From Auanema rhodensis (taxonomy: Eukaryota > Animalia > Nematoda): a stretch of 64,000 bases of DNA. Where the stretch lies: contig OZ059896.1 of NCBI GenBank assembly GCA_964057225.1, positions 14,384,001 through 14,448,000 of the forward strand, written 5' to 3'. Positions 1 through 15,300 of this stretch are shown here, piece after piece. The position numbers were made by a program, and so were the translations under genes. How positions within the stretch are numbered: position 1 is the stretch's first letter; each line of letters opens with the position of its first letter. Below the pieces are notes generated by a model. That model made no database searches. It was not told where the DNA came from and saw nothing but the letters and a program-made list of their open reading frames with translations.

Positions 1-223
1 TTCTCTCTCTTTCCCTATTTTTTCTCGAGAGAGTTAGAGAGAAAGAGAGATGAAGAGACACAAAGACAAGAGTTTCCGGTTTTAATCAAGGTCATACTCT
101 TGTGAACGCAATTGATTCAACATCGTTTTTACAAATTTTAAGTTGGAAAATTTGTCAAATTACAATGTTTTTTTTAAATGAAAGTATCTTGTAACTTTAG
201 TATTTTATTATTTCTCAACAAAC

Positions 224-1282
224 CTGATGATAGTCGGGGCATTGCTCAGCTGTTGTATCAAGACAACAGAAGTAGTCTACCTGATTGTTATAGCAACACA
301 CAGTATCAGCATCTGGCTGAAAATGGACAAATATGAACTAGAAAATTTGAAGATTAAAATGTTTTGTGTGAATAAAGGAAGAATAAAGAGGTTATACTGA
401 GAGGGAGGAAGTGAATAAAGAAATTAATCACAAAAGAGTAAGAGGAAGAGAAAAAAAAGAAGCGAAAACAAGTAAACATGTAAATGAAATGAGGAAAAAG
501 CAAAATTTGAAACAAATTAACGAAGAAAATCGTCAAAACATACGTTATCAGGAAGGGCATTGACGCAGAGTGAATTTTGATGTGGAAGACATTTACGTGG
601 TTGCCCGTCAGGACGAAGCAGTGGACGAGATCCCTGAGGGCATGGTGGAATAACCATACGTGGCTCTTCTTTGCGAGTTGTAGCGGCCGAGCATTGAATT
701 GTGCAAATAGCTGAAAAGATAAAAGATTATTTGAAAGAAGCAGGAAAAAGTCAATTTTTGAGGTGCAAGATTGCTCTTTATCAGATGTGTGTATGGGATC
801 ATTAAGTAGGGTAGGAAGAGTTAAAAGGGAGGCTGGGGGGTTTAGGACGAAGTTAAGAAGATGATGAGTGTTAGTTATCTGGATGAATGACTCAATACTT
901 AGCTGTTAAAAGGAAATATTGAGTTGCTTTTAAAGAAAAAGAAAAGAAAAGAAGAGAGAAAGAATTAAAAGAAAAAGAAAAGTTTGGAGGCTGAAAAGGA
1001 GAAAGAAAGAAGTTAGAAAAAACATGTTTACAGAGGGAAAAAAACTTTTTTCATTTATTCTGCATGACAGCTGTTAGAATAAAATAAGTTTTGATGATGA
1101 TGATGATGTTATGAAGATAATGAGGAAAATTTGGATGAAGAATGATGTTATATCTTTGAAATACAAAAATAATTGAAAATACTATGTTTGAGGGATAGAA
1201 AAACAAAATATAAATGAAAATATTAAATGTAAAACTAACCAATTAGTAGAAAAAGACCAAAAAAGGTTGTTGAATATTCCAT
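224..1282 (-). CDS. Secreted cysteine-rich protein, first three exons (1240-1282, 544-710, 224-316); gene runs off the left edge
   Basis: Phase-consistent splicing gives MEYSTTFFGLFLLIAICTIQCSAA (signal peptide) ...MVIPPCPQGSRPLLRPDGQPRKCLPHQNSLCVNALPDN|PDADTVCCYNNQVDYFCCLDTTAEQCPDYHQ. Acceptors are TTTTCAG; donors are GTTAG, GTATG and GTTTG. Confidence 0.85.
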
Positions 1283-1525
1283 GATTGTTCTATTCTCAGA
1301 AAGATTGTTCACACTCTATCACTCTAAGATCAGACTCGATCGTTTCCCAGGAAAGTGAACTGATTCAAAATAGGACATGACCCGATTGAAAGGAAAAATA
1401 CATCGATGAATTGATAAAACGGGCAGAATAATTTATTAGGACATTGTTATATTATTGTGTACTATTCAAATTTAAATTAATTATATAAATTCAAATATTA
1501 TATACAATTTAAAAGTTGTGATGGT

Positions 1526-1572
<47 letters not shown>

Positions 1573-3734
1573 CCCCCTCTCACTCTTCCCTCTCTCTCTC
1601 TCTCTGTCTTTCTCACTCAGATCATATTCATTGTTCAGCTTTTGCACGTCAAAATCTAAGACATGGAAAGATGTCTAAGATGATATGGAATGGAAGAAAA
1701 GAAGGTAGAAAGGGGAAGAGTAGCAGAGGGTTCCATCAAAAGTTGTTCATTTTTCTTTTTTGTCTATATATGTCCCATGTCTCATCTTAAGTTTTTAATT
1801 CAAGTTTTAAAATGTAGAATATGTTTTCAGCATAAAGAGAAATATAGTCGAATATTATAAATATTGAGATATAAGTTTATAAAAATCTTATAAATATCTC
1901 ATTATAGTAGTAGTTTTGTAAGTGTTCGAAATATAATACAATTTTTTCTCATCTTGTTTGTCTGTTTATTTCATATAAAATATGAAAATAACATGTACGA
2001 TCTTATATATATATATTGATAAATAAAAGTTATAAAGATATATCTTATAAATATTCATATATACATACATATAATTCAATTTTTTTTATAAAATTTAATC
2101 TTAAAATCCTATATAAAACAATGAAGATTATTAGATTTTGATCGTAGATTAATTAGATTTCAATCTTTCAATAATCAATTTATCTGGAATCATCTGAAAA
2201 TAAATGAATTTAGAAAAATTTGTATTTTCCTTCGAAAATAAATGAAAACAAATGCACATGATATCATATGTATTTACTTGTTTTTGTTGTTTTTTTACCG
2301 AAAATATGGTTTTTTCTTGTAAACATTTACAGGACTGATTATATGTGTATAGAGAAAATGTATATTATATATTATATATATTTGTATATAATAAATATTA
2401 TTAAATTGAAATTGCTTACTATTCAACTAAAATTTGTTCATTGTATGATAACTATATAGATATAGTAACAAGGAACCTGGCTTCAAGCTTATGTTCTCAT
2501 CATCAATTGCATTCACACTATCCACGTAAACAACAACGTTCACGTGGAATTTCACGTGTATCATCATTTCATTCTGTTTACTGATGCTGAATGGTTGTTT
2601 AATAGTCTCATCATTACCCCCTCCTATCATAACCTATTTTCAGATGTCCATTCGTTCATTCATCAATAAGAAAACTTTCTTTTTTTTCTTTTCGTATTAA
2701 AGGAATAAGAATAATTTTTGAACAGCTGTTCTATATTCAAATAAAATATAATTGAACATTCCCATATTCTACATAGCTTTTCCTTTAGCTTAGATAAAAT
2801 CTTCAAAAACGTGTACTTGATGAACAGAAGAAAAACATGAAAGATTTAAGAATGAAAATAATGAATCAAGGAAAAATATTATTTTGTTTCTAGTTGTTGT
2901 TATATTATTTGAAATATAAATTTATTTTGAAACACATATGTATAAACAGATTTCATATACTATTTACATAGTAAAAACGGAAACAAATTATAATAATTAA
3001 CTTTATAATCGATTAAAATATCTTTTTTAATCTTATGATTATTCTTTCTATGAATCTGTTTTTTAAAAAAATGATGATGAACGAAGAAGAAGAAGAAGTG
3101 TTTATGAGTGGCAATGAAAGGAAATAAGATTTGTTATATGAGGTTTGATCAGATTTTTTTGTTTGTTTTTCCTTTCATATTTCAAAGAGAAAATAATAAT
3201 TATTTATATAACAATATATTTTTCTTTGTTTTTTTTTTATTTTTATTATAAAGAAATTAACATATTTCATAACGTCTACAGCGTTTAAAGAAGGGATGGT
3301 TGAAAGATAATATACATACATACAAAATATTATAAAATAAAGTTTATAAATAGATTTTTAATTTCATAATTTTCATTATTAAATAATTAAAAAATATTAA
3401 TTTTCTTTATTTTAATATAATAATTATATAAAATATATTGAAAAGCTAAATAAATATGACCTTTGATGTACTTTTTAAAATTGTGTGAAAGTAAATAGAA
3501 ACTCTGAACATTTCAATAAAGATCAGAAAAGTTCAGGTGAAAAGTCAAGATTAAGATTCTTCTCTAGTTTACTGTACTTAAATAATTTTTTTTTGTATTT
3601 TGTAGCAAAGAAAGATATAAAAATGCAATTTGTAGTCTGAAGGATTATGATGAAATAAGTAATTTATATAACATACATTTATTTTAATTATTTAGATAAG
3701 TTAGTTAGATTGAAATAGGGCAATTCAACCTTGG

Positions 3735-3799
<65 letters not shown>

Positions 3800-5804
3800 A
3801 ATCTCTTTGAACGGCATATTAGAAGAAGAAAAAGAATATTTCGAAAATTCGTGTTTATACTGTAAATGAATCTTGAGCACACATACATATTCACGAGATG
3901 CTGATGGATGATACCTTACTAACAAGCTGATGCATTAGGCGCATTATGTGTCTCTTCAGACTACCTTATTATGGAATTGTCACCTGCACATCTGCTGACC
4001 AAATAAACCCAACCGAACGGGACAACAATCGCTTCAGAATATTCTGCGATCATCTATCTTCTACCAGCCTTGTTCGATCTATCTATCTGTTTTCTCTCTC
4101 CCTCTCTAGCTTTATGTCGGTGTTCGCCTTCATTTTACTCTCATCATTGAATATGAGGTTAATTATATGGAAAAATAAATAAGCATATCTCTCTATATAT
4201 ATACTATACGTATATAGTTAGGTAAATTGTTGTAGCATTCATTCAGTTATAAGCCAAAATCACAGACTACTCTTCCTCTATCCTTTCATCTTCTATATAT
4301 ATATCTTTAAAGAATTGATGAATGGTGTCGCATTAACGTTTATTGTCTTTGTCAGCTTCCTTAGCTGTTGGATAGAATAAATCAAGGATTCAGCTTTTTT
4401 CTTTCATTTTTTGTTTCACAAAAGTCAATAAAGGAAATTATATACATCGTAAGCACTGACATCATCATGGTGAGAAAATAAAAAGAAACATAACTATAAG
4501 ATTATGAGATGAGCACCAAACAATAAACATCAAAATCTTAGAAATTCTTGAACGTTGATCAAGAAATTGTTTGAAGCTTATCTATAGTTTCCGGCTCATC
4601 ATGTTATACGCTGGATATCATCATCATGATCTTGTTGATGCTGTTGGGAATGACGCTCGATAGTTATGTTTACGAAGTTGAAAAGAAGAAGAAGAAATCA
4701 AAAAATTGAGAAACAGAAGCAAAACTAGAGTTGATTCTATGCTTGATCAAAGCAACAGATTATGAAATGCAAACATGCAGTTTCCTAATATCAACTTGAT
4801 TGAACTTGTGGATTTTGAGAAAAAAGACAAATAAATGAATCATCATATACCATAACTGAATATAAATAAATAATTATTATGAAATAAACTTATTCTTCTA
4901 ATAGACAAAATCATTTAACTTGACTATTGAACTATAGTATAGACAAACATGTTAACAAAGATTTGATGTAATTCTTTTTCCTATTCTTCAGAGATCAAAT
5001 GATCAAAAATTCATTTTCTTTTCAAATGTTATAACATCTTGAAGACAATTTTTTCTCAAAATCTCTATCCCCTTTCTATCTATACTGTATGAATCTATGT
5101 GTGTGCCTGTGTGTGCGGGATGGGGGAAGGAGGAGTGGGGGGGGGAGGAAAGTTGTCGTCTCCTGTCAATACTACATCAGCTCTCCATGAGCTTCACACA
5201 GAAGTTCAAAAAAAATTGTCAAGAGCTTCCGATAAAAAAGTTCCTCAAATTTCGAAATACGTTTGATTTCAAATTGGAAAAGATGAATTGAAATACATAT
5301 CCTTTGATATGTTTGGACAGAAAAGTAGCTATTCCTCATGAAAACCGACGATACTAGTAGTCCTACTGGCACAGATTATTCCATGGTGACAAACCGATTA
5401 TTGCCATTAACATCACCCAGCATTATCATTGCTACCTGGCTAGGCGTTCGTCTGCGTATAATCTTAGTTGCCACTTGAAACACTTGAAAGACGAAGAGCA
5501 CACATTAATTCGTCAAAGCTTCAAGTCAATTAGTCTATCCGGCAAAATGAGATTTGAACTGCAAAAATTGCGGAGGATGACAGTTTTTTGTATGGTTTTA
5601 TTTATACAAAGACTCTATAATCTCTTTTGTTAATTTTAATCTTTTTTTGGATGATTAAAACAAAAATAGAATGAGACTAACTGAAGGTATACGAACGTTT
5701 AAATGAATTTGACACGGAGCACAAGAGACGAAAAGACAATTTTATTCTTTTGCAAAGAACAAAGCGAATAGTACAGAAAAAGAGAGAGAGAGAGAGAGAG
5801 AGAT

Positions 5805-5858
<54 letters not shown>

Positions 5859-6357
5859 TATGAGCTTTAGATCAGTTTTCATATATTTATCTTATATCTT
5901 CTTTAACTTTGTACACAATTACCGTTTATATCTTTAAAAGTTTTTTTTTCATAAAATCCGCCCCCTCATTCTCATTGAGTATTTGATTTGTGTGATACAA
6001 TTCCATCTGAAAGTTCACGTTTAACGTGAAGCTTATAACGAGATCGATGAGGTTGAATACTGTATGTAGAGGTGAAAAATGGTTGTGTTAAATACAATAC
6101 AATCGTCTGTCCCCCTCACCTCTTTCCCTCATTATAACCATCATCATGTTACTTTTCTCTTCTTTTCTATTATTTCAGAAATCTTTTTTTTTCTTTTCCT
6201 CAATGGCAACTTTCAAGAAATAATAGATTGTTTGTTAGGAAAAGGTAAAGTTGCCAGCAAATAGATGAGACAGAAATTTGGGATAGATTATCAGAAACCA
6301 ATGGTTACCGTGCCCGAACTAAACTCTTCTTTTTCTGATAAGCACAATCAACACAAA

Positions 6358-6421
<64 letters not shown>

Positions 6422-6430
6422 ATAGAAGAA

Positions 6431-6484
6431 GGATGGAAGAAGGTGAGTGGATGGAAGAAGGAGAGTGGATGGAAGAAGGTGAGT
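6431..6484. repeat. 18-bp minisatellite x3 (GGATGGAAGAAGG[T/A]GAGT) following a (GA)n tract at 6363-6416
   Basis: Directly visible tandem units at 6431, 6449 and 6467. Confidence 0.9.
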
Positions 6485-8131
6485 GACAGAAAGTTTCTGA
6501 TTAGATTCTGCCTCACGCGAGAGGAAATGCGGATGATGAGCAGAAGCTACATAGAAAAAGACCAGAAGCACAGATTATACTGTAGACATAGAGCGTAGTG
6601 TGCTACTATTGCGGCTGTTGCTTGTGTTGCTTCTACTGCTGCTGCTGCTGCTTGGCTTCTGACGGCTGAAGGCATGGTGGATGAAGACAAATAGATAAAG
6701 TTGCGAGCAGTCCAGCTATAAGAGATAGTATAGAACACGACGAGAGAATAAGCAAAATATTGAAAGATCGGGAAAATGAGGAGCGAAATGAGGCACAGGT
6801 AATGTTAGCATAAGAGGGAGATGCTCATTCACTATCGTCAGACGTAGCTGTAGCATCAGCAGAAGCAGCACAATTCGCAGAAGCAATTCCTCTCGTTTCC
6901 ATTCGTTGAAGTCGAATTTCTCTCCGTACTCTCTCTCTATCTCACTTTCTCTCTCTCTCATATTCAAATGCTTGTTCTTTCAACCATCTTCATCTTTTAA
7001 CTTTCATTAGACCTTTGTCCTCACTTTCCCATCCTCATGTTGCTTTATTTCTCTCCCTCTTTCTATCTCTCACAGGGTCCACCTCAACAGTTCAGCAGAA
7101 GCAGTAGCATTCATAGCGATACAAGCTCAATCTTCCTACGTTCGCAACCCTTCTATACAACATTATTCCATTCTGTACTGACATCTGATCTATTTTTTAA
7201 ATTTTCCTATTCATAATCTCTGATTTCTTCCATCTTTTCACTATAATTTCCTCAAATTTTAGTTTTATTCATTACTTCTGTCGTTGTCAAACGTTGTCAA
7301 TAATAGTACCAACTATCTATTCTGTCATCCCCTTTCTCTTTTATTCTCTCTAAACCTTCTTGTATAACATACACTCTCTTTATACTGTTGCCCTTTTTAC
7401 AAAAGCCGCCATTATCGTCATAAGACCATTTATTTAATCAGTTGCTTCATGAGGGCTTCATGATGATGACGATGATATGAAACACATCCATATCCTTTTC
7501 TCGTTATTCAGCTCAGAAGTTTGTCAATTTTTATCCGTTTTTCTCTAATTTGCCATGCTATTACATGAAACATTTTCTTCTATCTTTGTTCTTTTTTGAT
7601 TTTGTTCCTTTTTTTCTTCAAATGTTCGGATATGGTTATCATTTTGAAGCTTTGAAATATAGTTTATTGTTATAATTTATAACTTTTGTACTATGTTTTG
7701 ATGAATTTTATAAGGAAAAATACTAAATCTCAAACAGTTCTCTATCTCTATTAGAACCTTAACTCCCTTTTGATTTTGAAATTTTTCTTTTCTTCATTTG
7801 GTCATCTTCAATTTCATCAAACTGTGCCCTACATATCTTTTTTTTTTCAAACGAATCGCTTGTCAGTTAGCTACTAGAAGCTGCAAGTCACTGAGTATCT
7901 ATCTGAGACCTCAAAGAGCAAATACACAAATAGATGTTGAGAATCGGATAGACTCTATCGTGAGCTTGAAGTTGTAGACGTTCTATTAACTTCATTTACT
8001 GGCACACCTTTTACTACTTCAGTCCGCAAAAATGATAAAACGGATAAGTTGACGAGTAGGGAGATGGGTGCGTCATCATCTTGCTGATTATCAGAACCTC
8101 TTCAGGAACTTACAAAAACTAGTTCTCTTTT

Positions 8132-8182
<51 letters not shown>

Positions 8183-9143
8183 TGAATAAGCACACATATT
8201 GCCTGTACCTCTTCAAATGGTATTGATCCAATTATGAGTTTAATTGCTTCAAACTGCATTTTTCTTTTATGTACAAAGCTATCAAATAGCAAAATCAGTA
8301 CGAAACATTATGTCAAGACTAATCCTTACTTCCGGATTTAACCTTCTGCTTCAGTTTGCTCCAACGTTCATCAATTCACACTATAAGCCAGACCCCCAGT
8401 TTTCAGTTCATTATCTGGTTAAAGCTGAAGCTACCCGTCCGTTGTCCTCCTGATCGTTCACGTCGTCGTTGCCGCCATCCTCGTCGACGTCGCCTTTGCC
8501 TACTCGGACGTCTCCGATTTCAATGCAAACAAAAGGCGTCGTCGTCCTCTAATGGTAACAAGGGACAGGAGGTGGAGCATGCTGCCTAAGGCTTTAACTC
8601 TCTTCTTCCATCCTTTTAGGTTTCATGCATTTCATAAAGCTTTTAAGCTTATAGGTCTCCTGTTCAAGCAACCAACCTGATCATTTTCCAGCTACATGTG
8701 AACGAGAGACAGAGAAAGAGAGAGAAAGTCCCCTCTCAATATTTGAAAATTTTTGTGAAGAAAAAGAATAAAAGGCCAAAAAATATTTGAAATAATCATT
8801 CTTTTCTTTCATATAAATATATATCTATTTTCGAGAAAATCTAATTATATAATTTAGTAAAGCCGTGCTATATTTTCCATAAATTTATATTTTTCTCTTA
8901 ACATTATATGAAAATAGTTCCAATTTTTGATTTATTTATATTAAAATTCAAAGAAACATTTTAATTTGTTGAGTTAGATAGAGATGTTCATGTTGAAAAT
9001 GCTTTAAAACATTCGTTCAAGAATTCATTAATATAGAAGAAGCTTTGAAAATCATTTCGAACCAACATCATCATTTACAACTTGAATTATTTCTTTTTTA
9101 AACTTGGTTACCAATTTAAATTTACAAACTTATCTATACGTAG

Positions 9144-9186
<43 letters not shown>

Positions 9187-11856
9187 TCTATCTAGTATAT
9201 CTATATGTGTTTATAGACTTTTGTTTGAAAAAACAATGCATTATCTATTCCAAAAGCTTGTGTGAGGAAAAAAGGGATAAAGATTAAACTAAATAGAACA
9301 TGACTAATGGTCATTTTCAGTCTATTCCCTACTTGAAAAACCATTAAAATTCAACATTCTTTGTGCTACATCTTCTGTTAGAATCTCGTTGGAAGCATGG
9401 GCAATTCTGACCATCCTCATCCTCCTCACCATCACCGTCGACGTCGTAGTTGTCCAACTCAACTTCTCTATTTTCCGGTTAAAAACGGCTTTTTCTGTTC
9501 TTTTCTGTTTATTTTACATAAGTACATAACTATTTGTAATACTTATGCTACTGATTCTAATATCTTCAATGCTTTTCCCTTAGCTTCTCTCTTCCATCCA
9601 TATACTTGTCAAGTAAAAAAAAGATTTTATTTCAGTATTGTAATAGTCCGATGATCATCAGAATCGTTAAACATCAAACAACATATCAAAATTTCTTTTT
9701 ATTTGTTAATTTTTTCGGAAAATTTATCGTTTTCTATTTGTTTTCGATACCGGAATAGAGAACAGTCAGTTTCCTCATTTTCATCAAACTCCATCATCAT
9801 TATCAGCGTCAGCAGCAGTCTTCTTCACCCTCACTGTCATCATGGTTCTCGTCGTTTTGTCTCTTTCCCCTCTCTATTTCTCTCTCTTTCAATCTTCCTT
9901 CCAATCCTTTGAACATCATTTTCCTGTGTGTGCAAAGATGATAAAAAAAACGAAAACGAACGAAAACTTCTCAAAGTCTTAAAGATACATTCAGAATTAT
10001 TCATTTAATCTACAAATTTGTTTTCAATACTTTTTCAAATCATATAACAATCAATCTATATATCTTCAAAATCATCATTTATTGTTATTTTAAAAAAATA
10101 GAGAAAAGACTACTACTGATGACACAGATGATGTGAGGTTTATACTTTGTCGTCGTCGTTGTCGTTTTGCCTTCTGTATTGGATGAATACCTTAACTCAT
10201 CAATCTATCTATCTATCCATCTGGCTACGTCATCAACTTGTTTCTCTGGTGTTCATTCATTCAGAATACTATATAGGTAGATATGTATTCTTTCATAAAA
10301 CCTACGCAATCGAAGGTTCTTTGATGATATTGGAGGTGGAGGATTGCCTTGTAGTACTTGTCTACAACATTGTTCACTCGTTCTCAGATTACTCAGCCAT
10401 CAGATCGTCTTGTTCATTCAAAATCTTTTCTTAGTTTTCTTAACTTGACAATCTCACCTTAGTGAATATAGTGATGATGATTCATCAATGTAACTAAAAT
10501 ACCAGGAAACAGTAAGAGGTATTGAGGGAGAGAGAGAAAAAGTAAGAGAAAGAGAGAAAGAAAAAGAGAGAGAGAGAGAGTGTTAAGTGTTAACTAGGGC
10601 ATGGAATGAGAGTAAGGCATAACGAGAAATACAGAACCAAACTGTTTTTCTTTTCTAAAAAAAAGGAAAAGATGGAATGAATTACATGTATGTATATGCA
10701 TATCATCAGTAAACCTATTATGATTTGAATCAATATGTTAAAGATGCTTACTTTCACGTGAAACATCACGTAATTCAGAATATTCATTTATGATCATGTA
10801 TTTCATGTGAACGGTTGACTCTATCTCTATCTCTCTCTCTCTAATTAGTTTTTTCCTTCATAATAAAGAGCAGAAGATCTTGTTGAATTAACTTTCTTTG
10901 TCATAGATCTTTTCATCTTATATCCTTATTTGAGTTTCATTTCCGTTTATTGTACGGACCGATGATTCGCAATAAGCGTACTGTTTGCCCCTCAGATTAA
11001 ATCGTACTTGCAACAGCTGGAACTACTAGTTGACAGAAAGTATCAGAAGGCTATCTTCTCCCTTCAAGAAGCCATACTATTCAACTTCATTGGTTTCATC
11101 TTCTTTTTCTATTTTCTCATTAATTCTCATTATTCATTCCATATGAACCTATTATCATCTACCCTTTATTCACCTTTATTAACATTTACTATTCTCATAG
11201 GGTCCAATTATTCTAAACTATGCCATATAACTTATTTTTTCTTTAATAGCTTTAACTAAAAGTATAATTTTCATCCTGTTTTTTTAAAATATTTATCAAT
11301 ATCATTACATAATGTTTTCTTTTTTTTATTCTTAAAGAACTAGTTTCCTTCTAATGTTAGTAGAAATAGGCGCTTTAGGGTAAGAGTGAAAGATTGTAGA
11401 AAATATTTCCAAAACTTTAGATTATATTCTTAATCTTTATTTAGTTTTATTTTATTAAATATAAAAGAATATATGTTAATTAATTATATAATATTCGTAA
11501 TAATTATTTTTCTTTATCAAATAATCTTTTCTTCAAATAATGTTTTTTGTTTTTATTTTCATTATAAAACTTGCAATGTTTCTTTTCCAACTTTCTTAAA
11601 ACAATAACCAAACTGAGAAGAAAAATTTATAAATGAAATCAGCTTCTAAAAACTTTCAACAACTTTCGAAAGTTTCGCTATGTATACTTTAACTTCTTCA
11701 TTCAATTCAATACAGTCTGTCATCAGATGTGCCTTGTGATTGTTCTTGAAATTCCCATCCTTGATTTGCACTATAAGCTTCAGATTCTTTCCCCTTTCTT
11801 TCTCTTTGTTATTATAGTCGTCGGTTTTTTGCTTCTCCTTCTCTCTCTATCTTTCT

Positions 11857-11901
<45 letters not shown>

Positions 11902-12352
11902 GCTCAAAATTTTCCCGAATCTCTTCCAATGATGACAAGAACCAGAAATAACGTCATCAGGCTTTTCCCCTTTCCTCCTCCCTTCAAGAATCTGATCATT
12001 AACGTCTTCTTTTTAGTTTTTACTTCCATTCTCTTTGAAAAATCAGAAAATAATATGAAAAAAAAGAAAAAAAAAAGAAAATTGAGATATAAGAATTCCA
12101 TGAAACATGTATTATACTCTACCAGCTAGTTGAAAGCTTTCAATCGACTTTCTTAGAGCTCCCTGCCAACCATCAGGATATTCAGTTACTATTCATACAT
12201 ATAAAAGCTTCCACTCTTTTATTCTTTCTTTTATCATCATTTTTAATTTTTTTTCTTAAACTTGTTCTCTCTTTATCTTTTCTTTCTCTCTATTTCTTGT
12301 TTTATTTGTTGCAAAACACAAAAAAAAATATTTTCAGATCTAAATAGCACCA

Positions 12353-15300
12353 ATGCTCTCGTGGCTTGGGATCGCCTTGTTAGGTGTAGCTGCTGTCAGG
12401 TAAAAATTTTATCGAAAAAAAATTTCAACTTTTTCTTTGAATATTCTTCACATATTCATCAGTATTTATATAAATATAATATATTTCGGATATAAACTAT
12501 TCAATGTTCATCTGAATCTGAATCTGAATCTGAATCTGAATACTAGAAACAACGTTGTCATTCAGTTTGATACGTCCGAAGATCAGATACTTTGCTATCC
12601 GTAAATGGTATTGACATAGTATCTTCCCAGCTACTTGAATTTCTTCCCATTTTTTGCTTCCAATTTTCCCAAAACGATTCTCATCTGATGGAAAACTAGG
12701 AAAGGTGTCCACGTATTAGGTGGTTCCAGCATAGCTGGAGCATTAAGCTCAAGTTCGTAGAATGAGAGATAAGTTATAAATAGAGGAAAGAGGGAAAAAA
12801 GAAAAAAGAGAGAGAAAGGGTAGGAGGTATAGATAAGTGAAAGTTATGCCGAAAAAAGGTAGAAAAGAAGGAAAAGGCAAAATGATGGTTCTTATATTTC
12901 AAAATTTCTTTTCACATAATTCAAAATATAATAAGATGAGAATTTGAAAAGCCTTTCCTTCAAGTACCGCATGGTTTGAGCACGAAATTGCGTGCATTTT
13001 GCATAAGAAGATGGTAAACATGAGAGAAGAAGTAGACGATGATGAGGATGATCAAGTCAATCAGAAGGTTTTACGATAGCGAACATCAAGTTCAAGATTC
13101 ATCTTCTTCAGCATTGTTTCGTGGGATTTGTACACACAAAGATCATCAATTAGAACATACATAACATCAAAAAGCTTAAAGTTTTATAAAAATTGAAGAA
13201 GCAATCGCAAAAACTTGAACGCAACTTGAGATCAATAAATATGTTTTCAGCTCATTCACAGTACATCAACACTCTGATAATAGCGAATGTATCAATCTTC
13301 AATGTCCTGAAACAGCTTTTGATTATGGTTTGATCTACCTTGCAATCTAGTTAATCTTTTCTTTTTCCATTTTAGGAGTTAAGATTCTTGTTAACGATGA
13401 TACTATGCATTCAGATCAATGTACATCTTGCTCTCAATGTACCGAAAATGGCTACAGGTTTGTGATGAATACTGATATTCGACCTTAGATCATCATCAAA
13501 AACTATTTATAGCATTTGTCTGAGACAGAAAGATTCACGTGCTCATCGTACAGCCACCGAAACTACAGGATTCTGCAGCTGCACACACTCTGTACCAGCT
13601 AACTGTCATAACCAACTTCACATCTCAACTCATCCAGCTAATATTACTATGAAGTTATACAACATTTGCTATCAAAGTGGTTAGTTGTCTTCAAATTTCC
13701 GAAAAGAAAAAGCTGAAAGATCATTGATCTTTCCTTATTTTCTTTAAAATTATGGAATATTATAATGGTATGTAGATGTTGAAGATATGAATTTCAGCTA
13801 TCCAAGCTCCACCACGACCTCTGGCCGTTCATGAGAAAGATTCTGTCATTATGACGATTGAATCCTTCTGGCATGAGCCATATTGGAGAGATATGACAAT
13901 GGAAAATTTGACATTACATTATGAATTTGTTGTTAAGGTATGTTGTTATAGATTATGAATAATCTAAAAAAAAAGAAAAGAAGGGTAGATAGGATATCTA
14001 AGAATTAATGAGTAAATTAGAAGAAATTAATTCTCAATATCAATGAAACTTAGATTTTTTCTTTTTATATTCTTTCAATTCTTTTATCCTTTATATGTAT
14101 ATATGTTGATATATTCATGTATCATGTATGTTATGTAGAAAAGCAGAATGAAAGCAAGAAAGAAGAAAAGTGAGCAAGTGATTGAATGAATGAATGAGTG
14201 ATGCAATTTGATAGTTTTGTTTGCATTGTCTCATAGACACTACTACCTGATTAAGCAATGATCTGAAATAACTATATACGGTAGAATAAGTAGAAGAAGA
14301 GCCTCGTTTTTGAAGCTTTCAATTCAAAAATTCATTGTTCAGTATACACACACACACATATTCAATGAGTAAAGTGTTGGCAAATGAAAAAAAATTCTGA
14401 TGCTTGTTAAGAATTGAGTTACCAATGAAGTAATATGTAAAGAAATATATAATTTATATAAAATTATTGAAAAAAAAAAGAAAAAAAAGATATAATATAC
14501 TTACTGAGAATATTTCAGACTCCAGAAGTTTGTGAGGGAGAACTCATCACCTTAGAATCTGATCATTTGGAACATTTGTGCAAAAGCTTCGTTAAAATGA
14601 ATATGACATCAATTACTGATGGAACTGTTAAAGATGATGATTATGAGCACAGTGATGTAGTTACTTTGTTTTATTCAGAAGATGATAATGAATTCATTTC
14701 AGAATTACGATCAGTATGATGACGAACTTCCACCAGAGGTTCAGTTTGAGCGTGACGTCTTCGATGGAGCTAAGCTCTTAAAGGTTGTGCCTTCAACTTT
14801 TTCTTTGACGAGATTTTATTTTTTAGGCTTATTATACTGTTGAAGTTCGTCGTCCACGTCAACTTGACACAAAGAATAGTGATCCATTCCGTGACGTCAC
14901 AACAACTTTAGAGTCAGAGCATTTGAAATTCGATTTGAAACCTGAGGAATACGGAGTTGGAACTCCAGAGCTACCAGAAAGTATGTTTTCTAATGTAGAC
15001 GAGGAATAGAAGTTTTCTGCAGGCAAGAAGGAAACTGAATCTGCCACTGAAGACGATGACGAGGATATAAGCTCTGAACATCCAGTCGTTGGAACCGATT
15101 TCTTTGATGATGGCAAGAAGGTTAAGGATACAAAGAGCGAAGAGGATCTAGAGAAGGTTTGGAGGGAAATTAAAGATCTTTTAAAAGAAAATTGAGTTTT
15201 CAGGAAGAGGAAAAACTTGAGAAGGCAATTGCTGAAACAGATAAGACAACTGACGAAGACGATGATGAAGTAACTACTGTAGTTGCTGAGAAGGATGATG

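Noticed and set aside
1518-1790. LSLSLS/ERERER ORFs here and throughout the window
   Set aside because: Translations of (CT/AG)n microsatellites with no splice or codon support.
7901-7915. CTGAGACCTCAA, similar to lin-4
   Set aside because: The 5' seed end does not match and there is no complementary arm.
8356-8680. GC-rich (GTC)n-like island with open frames
   Set aside because: Upstream stops and no usable start or splice pair; similar CGT/CAT-rich low-complexity islands recur at 9.4, 34.0 and 44.8 kb.
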